A stretch of 36,793 nt of DNA, taken from NCBI GenBank assembly GCA_020627425.1, contig JAHKXX010000101.1:1-36793 (forward strand), written 5' to 3'. The notes under the pieces are model-generated. The model had not been told where the DNA came from. It ran no database searches and worked only from the letters and a program-made list of their open reading frames with translations. Position numbers and translations under genes: made by a program. This document shows positions 32,704 through 36,793 of this stretch, one piece after another. The number at the start of each line of letters is the position of its first letter. Position 1 is the first letter of the stretch. This stretch comes from a bacterium (GTDB lineage Bacteria > Bacillota > Clostridia > Oscillospirales > Acutalibacteraceae).

Positions 32704-35700
32704 TTATTTAAAATATGCAACACCGCTTTCAAATATCCTCTGATCCTTCTCAAACGGAACATTGAAGTACAGATCCTCGCCCTTACGCTCGGAATGTCCC
32801 ATTTTTCCGAGAACTCTTCCGTCGGGGCTTGTGATACCCTCTATAGCGCAGACAGAACCGTTGGGGTTGTAGTCTATGCTGTCGGCGACATTTCCGTTCG
32901 GGTCTACATACTGTGTAGCTATCTGACCGTTCTCCGAAAGAGTCTTTATTACCTCGTCGTTTGCGGCAAATCTGCCTTCACCGTGAGAGATCGGTACCGA
33001 GAATACATCTCCCGGGTTTACACCGGAGAGCCACGGGGATTTTACCGAGGTTATCCTTGTATATGCCATCTTCGAGATATGTCTGCCTATAGTATTGAAG
33101 GTAAGGGTCGGGTCGGTTTCCTTCAGCTCTCTTATCTCGCCGTAGGGAACAAGACCCAGCTTGATGAGTGCCTGGAAACCGTTGCAGATACCGAGCATAA
33201 GTCCGTCACGCTTTTGAAGCAGGGTGTTGACAGCCTCGGCTACTCTCGGGTTTCTGAAGGTAGTCGCAATAAACTTGCCCGAACCGTCCGGTTCGTCGCC
33301 GCCGGAGAAGCCGCCCGGAAGCATTATCATCTGGGACTCGTTTATCATCTCGGTCATTTTTTCTATTGTTTCCTCTATTGCTGCGGGAGTCAGGTTTCTG
33401 ACGATAAGAAGTCTCGGGTCTGCGCCTGCTTTCCTGAATGCACGGGCTGTATCTACCTCGCAGTTTGTACCCGGGAACACGGGTATAAATACCTTTGGCA
33501 CAGCCGTCTTTATCATCGGAGAAGCAGTGTTTCTCTGTGTATAGAGCGGTGTTTCTATTTTATTTTCGGGACAAGGAGCCTTTGTCGGGAACACCTTTTC
33601 CAGTGTGCCTGTCCACTTTTCGATAAGCTCATCTATCGAAAGCTCTGCGCCGTTTACGGTGATCTTTTCATCGTCCGTAGTAGAGCCAAGCTCGTAGTAA
33701 AGAATATCCTTTGGCATTTTTGCGCCGTCCTTCAGCTCCAGTATAAGGGAGCCTGACAGCGGAGCGAAAAGCTCGTCAAAGCTAAGCTCGTTTTTAAAGC
33801 GGAAGCCTATCCTGTTGCCAAACGACATTTTTGCGACAGCGGCAGCAGCACCGCCCTCCTTTACCGTAGAAGCGGCAAGTACCTTGCCGTCCTTCATAAG
33901 ACAGTAAACTGCGCGGTACATATTCTTTAAAGCCTCATAATCCGGCAGCTTTGATTTCTTGTCCTCGGGAACGGGTACATAGTAAACAGTCGAGCCTGAT
34001 TTTTTGAACTCGGCAGAAACAGTCTTTGAAGCCTTTGTCATAGCAACGGCAAAGCTGACAAGTGTCGGCGGTACGTCAAGCTCTTCAAACGAGCCGGACA
34101 TACTGTCCTTGCCGCCGATTGACGGCAGACCGAGCTTTATCTGTGCTGTCAGCGATCCGAGGAGTGCCGCAGCCGGCTTGCCCCAACGTGACGGAACGTC
34201 GTGCAGTCTTTCGAAATATTCCTGGAAGGTAAGTCTTGCACAGAGCGGATCGGCACCAATAGCAAGAAGCTTTGACAGTGACTCTACCACTGCATAAGCC
34301 GCACCGTGGAACGGGCTCCATTTTGATATACCCGGTATATAGCCGTAAGCCATCGCCGTAGCGTCGTCTGTTTCGCCCTCAAGAAGCGGTATCTTTGCAG
34401 CCATAGCCTCCTCGGGGGTGAGCTGTGTAACGCCGCCGAAGGGCATAAGCACGGTAGCAGCGCCTATACTGCTGTCAAAGCGCTCGCAAAGACCCTTTTG
34501 TGAGCACACCTGTAGTCTGGACATATTCTCTCTGAATGCGTCCGATATATCCATACCCGAAAGCTCTGACGGAGCTTTCTCTCTATAGCAGTCATTTTCG
34601 TCCGGTGAAGCTATAAATGCGCTTGCGGTCTGGGTAACGCCGTTTGTATTGAGGAATTCACGGCTAAGGTCTACTATGGTATTTCCTCTCCAGTTCATGG
34701 TAAGTCTGGGGCTTTCGGTAACGACCGCAACAGCCGTTGCTTCAAGGTTTTCCTTATCCGCTTCTTTTATAAATCTGTCAACGTCCTTTTGCTCGAGAAC
34801 TACTGCCATTCTCTCCTGTGACTCGGATATAGCCAGCTCTGTTCCGTCAAGTCCGTCGTATTTCTTTGTTACCTTGTCAAGGTCTACGGTCAGTCCGTCC
34901 GCAAGCTCGCCTATAGCAACACATACGCCGCCTGCACCGAAGTCATTACAGCGCTTTATCAGCGTAGAAACATCTTTATTTCTGAAAAGTCTCTGTATCT
35001 TTCTCTCTGTGGGAGGATTACCCTTTTGTACCTCTGCGCCGCAGGTCTCTATAGATTCTGTTGTATGCGCCTTAGAGGAGCCTGTAGCACCGCCGCAACC
35101 GTCACGGCCTGTTCTGCCGCCGAGGAGGACTATTATATCTCCCGGAGCAGGCACGCCGCGCACTACGTTTTCCTTCGGAGATGCACCTATTACCGCACCT
35201 ATCTCGAGTCTTTTTGCTACATAGCCGGGGTCATAAAGCTCTGTTACCTGACCCGTCGCAAGTCCTATCTGGTTACCGTAGGAGCTGTAGCCCTGAGCGG
35301 CGCCCGTGGTTATTTTTCTTGAGGGGAGCTTGCCCTCCATTGTTTTTTCAAACGGTACTGTCGGGTCGCCCGAGCCTGTCACTCTCATTGCCTGATATAC
35401 ATACGCTCTGCCCGAGAGAGGATCTCTTATAGCACCGCCGAGACATGTAGCGGCGCCGCCGAACGGCTCTATCTCTGTGGGGTGGTTATGAGTTTCGTTT
35501 TTAAATTGTACAAGCCACTGCTCCGTTTTGCCGTCTATGGTAACGGGAACCTCGATAGAGCATGCATTTATCTCGTCGCTCTGATCGAGATCGGGGATCA
35601 TACCGCGCTTTTTCAGCAGCTTCATACCAACAAGAGCCATATCCATCAGTGAAACGTCGCGGCTGCTGTCCTTTCCGTATATTTCGTCGCGGCTCTCATA

Positions 35701-36483
35701 GTAAAGTCTGAGGGCATCCTCTATAGCCTCGGTGATCGCTGCTTTTTCTATTTCTATTTTTTCAAGTCTTGTAAGGAAGGTGGTATGACGGCAGTGATCG
35801 GACCAATAGGTATCTATAACGCGCAGCTCTGTAACGGTCGGATCGCGGTGTTCCGTATCGCGGAAGTAGTCGCGGCAGAACTCAAGGTCTGACAGCGTCA
35901 TGGCAAAGCCCATAGAGCCATAGTATTTTTTCATTTCCTCGTCGTTCCATTTTATAAAGCCCGAGACCTTTGCTACATCAGCCGGTACCTCGGTAACAAG
36001 CTCCAGCGATTCGGGTTTTTCAAGAGACGCTTCCCTTGACTCAACGGGGTTTATAAGGTAATGCTGTATTTTTTTAAAATCGTTATCGTCTATATTGCCC
36101 TTTATTGCTATTACCTTTGCACTTTTTACTGTAGGTATCTCGCCCTGCGTCAGCAGCTGCACGCACTGTGCAGCCGAGTCCGCTCTCTGGTCGTACTGAC
36201 CCGGAAGGTACTCTACTGCGAATACTCTATAAGCTGCATCCTCGGGCAGCTTTTCATCATAGACCATATCGGCATTTGTTTCGCTGAGTATGGTATTTTT
36301 TGCCCTTTCAAAGCTTTCATCATCAAGTCCGCTTATATCGTATCTGTTGATTATCCTGACATTCTCTATACCCGTAAGTCCCAAGGTATTTACAAGGTCA
36401 GCCGAAAGATTTTGCGCCTCTACGTCAAAGCCGGGGCGTTTCTCTACAAAAATTCTTTTTACAGCGTCCATTTTATCCACCAT
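32704..36483 (-). CDS. purL: phosphoribosylformylglycinamidine synthase, single-chain large PurL (FGAM synthase with fused glutaminase)
   Basis: 1259 aa. AIR-synthase-like repeats; C-terminal class-I glutamine amidotransferase with GICNGFQAL and HGEGR. Start may be the Met at 36471 (GGTGGA RBS). Confidence 0.92.
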   Translation of the reverse strand: MVDKMDAVKRIFVEKRPGFDVEAQNLSADLVNTLGLTGIENVRIINRYDISGLDDESFERAKNTILSETNADMVYDEKLPEDAAYRVFAVEYLPGQYDQRADSAAQCVQLLTQGEIPTVKSAKVIAIKGNIDDNDFKKIQHYLINPVESREASLEKPESLELVTEVPADVAKVSGFIKWNDEEMKKYYGSMGFAMTLSDLEFCRDYFRDTEHRDPTVTELRVIDTYWSDHCRHTTFLTRLEKIEIEKAAITEAIEDALRLYYESRDEIYGKDSSRDVSLMDMALVGMKLLKKRGMIPDLDQSDEINACSIEVPVTIDGKTEQWLVQFKNETHNHPTEIEPFGGAATCLGGAIRDPLSGRAYVYQAMRVTGSGDPTVPFEKTMEGKLPSRKITTGAAQGYSSYGNQIGLATGQVTELYDPGYVAKRLEIGAVIGASPKENVVRGVPAPGDIIVLLGGRTGRDGCGGATGSSKAHTTESIETCGAEVQKGNPPTERKIQRLFRNKDVSTLIKRCNDFGAGGVCVAIGELADGLTVDLDKVTKKYDGLDGTELAISESQERMAVVLEQKDVDRFIKEADKENLEATAVAVVTESPRLTMNWRGNTIVDLSREFLNTNGVTQTASAFIASPDENDCYREKAPSELSGMDISDAFRENMSRLQVCSQKGLCERFDSSIGAATVLMPFGGVTQLTPEEAMAAKIPLLEGETDDATAMAYGYIPGISKWSPFHGAAYAVVESLSKLLAIGADPLCARLTFQEYFERLHDVPSRWGKPAAALLGSLTAQIKLGLPSIGGKDSMSGSFEELDVPPTLVSFAVAMTKASKTVSAEFKKSGSTVYYVPVPEDKKSKLPDYEALKNMYRAVYCLMKDGKVLAASTVKEGGAAAAVAKMSFGNRIGFRFKNELSFDELFAPLSGSLILELKDGAKMPKDILYYELGSTTDDEKITVNGAELSIDELIEKWTGTLEKVFPTKAPCPENKIETPLYTQRNTASPMIKTAVPKVFIPVFPGTNCEVDTARAFRKAGADPRLLIVRNLTPAAIEETIEKMTEMINESQMIMLPGGFSGGDEPDGSGKFIATTFRNPRVAEAVNTLLQKRDGLMLGICNGFQALIKLGLVPYGEIRELKETDPTLTFNTIGRHISKMAYTRITSVKSPWLSGVNPGDVFSVPISHGEGRFAANDEVIKTLSENGQIATQYVDPNGNVADSIDYNPNGSVCAIEGITSPDGRVLGKMGHSERKGEDLYFNVPFEKDQRIFESGVAYFK

Positions 36484-36537
36484 TCCTTAATTGTTCATTA
36501 AATCACTGTCTGTATTTATCGCCTCTGCGACACCCTA

Positions 36538-36567
36538 ATTATACCCCCGGCGTGCCGCCCCTGTCAA
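36538..36567 (-). promoter_or_regulatory. sigma-A-type promoter abutting R12, drives purL(-mreB)
   Basis: Reverse strand: TTGACA (36562-36567), 18-nt spacer GGGGCGGCACGCCGGGGG, TATAAT (36538-36543). Confidence 0.7.
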
Positions 36568-36745
36568 GCGGAGTGCCTCCGCGGTCGATTCGCGCACTCG
36601 AATTGGTAGTATCCCTACCTTGTGGCACGCGTACGAGCGGGGTTTATTGTCCCTCTCCGTCCGCGCCGTGCCGCACAGGGCGGCACTTGTCGCTGCTTTG
36701 ATGTGAGAATAAGTGTATTTGTCTTTTCCGCTTGGTGTATCACAC
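36568..36745 (-). repeat. intergenic structured repeat R12 (short unit as far as visible), P-ward on -
   Basis: + strand: GCGGAG-tgc-CTCCGC (36568-36582), GGTCGATTCGCGCACTCG, GTGGCACGCGTACGAGCGGGGTTTATTGTCCCTCTCCGTCCGCG, H1 GTGCCGC-acagg-GCGGCAC (36668-36686), degenerate linker ...GTATTTGTCTTTTCCGCTTGGTGTATCAC. Confidence 0.9.
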
Positions 36746-36793
36746 TAAATCGCGTTACTTGCACCTATTCCAAAACACCCAGAATTATTTTAC

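Noticed and set aside
32794-33756. Long antisense ORFs inside large genes: 32794-33756 (+) in purL, 13525-14238 (+) in the DAK2 gene, 28732-29304 (-) in htrA, 22609-23148 (+) in pcrA and 5992-6444 (-) in comF.
   Set aside because: They are shadow ORFs opposite strongly supported, motif-bearing genes. They have biased composition, no RBS, and no recognisable domains.
2736-36745. CRISPR array as an explanation for the repeats.
   Set aside because: The copies are 170-340 bp, dispersed between genes and in both orientations. They are not short direct repeats separated by unique spacers, and there are no cas genes.
2736-36745. Autonomous insertion sequence or IS200/IS605-type element with TnpA/TnpB.
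   Set aside because: No transposase-like ORF lies in or next to any copy. Subterminal hairpins and the TCAA within TGTCAA at one end are reminiscent of IS200/IS605 or REP biology. That remains an untested idea, kept only as a hypothesis in the findings.

Overview
36.8-kb chromosomal window from a mid-GC, endospore-forming Firmicute. The gene content (sigG, spoVS, ymdB, yabE-like, single-chain purL) suggests Clostridia, possibly Oscillospiraceae/Ruminococcaceae-like; this is inference only. I call 27 protein-coding genes, almost all housekeeping: tex (partial, missed by the ORF track), a DUF1624 membrane protein, a thioesterase-recD2-comF operon, GNAT, an ECF-S-like permease, citrate synthase, a yitJ-like methyltransferase/MTHFR, a yloV-like DAK2 protein, spoVS, ymdB, a yabE-like G5/3D wall protein, a thyX-like gene, SDR, tatD, a Zn-phospholipase-C-like gene, pcrA, an OmpR-type two-component system plus HtrA protease, a YkuD-like protein, sigG, mreB and purL. 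I found no rRNA, tRNA, CRISPR array, transposase, integrase, reverse transcriptase or recognisable defence genes. The stand-out signal is non-coding. A diverged family of GC-rich, hairpin-bearing intergenic repeats (~170-340 bp) occurs as 12 copies plus 1 fragment. It fills 8 of the 13 intergenic gaps longer than 100 bp, about 2.8 kb or 7-8% of the window. Read in one orientation, the unit is: an AT-rich tail; a linker; hairpin H1, whose stem covaries between copies; a near-invariant ~45-nt block; one to three short GC hairpins with a GGCAC apex (H2); and, in 7 copies, an abutting outward-facing sigma-A-type promoter with an unusually G-rich spacer that drives the adjacent housekeeping gene. 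Three loci carry the same tail-to-tail inverted dimer with an identical junction. Orientation relative to flanking genes is non-random. Several small ORFs and one N-terminal ORF extension in the supplied track are artefacts of these repeats. I cannot assign the family to a named RNA or repeat family from memory. It needs genome-wide copy counting, Rfam/ISfinder comparison, covariation statistics and transcript mapping.
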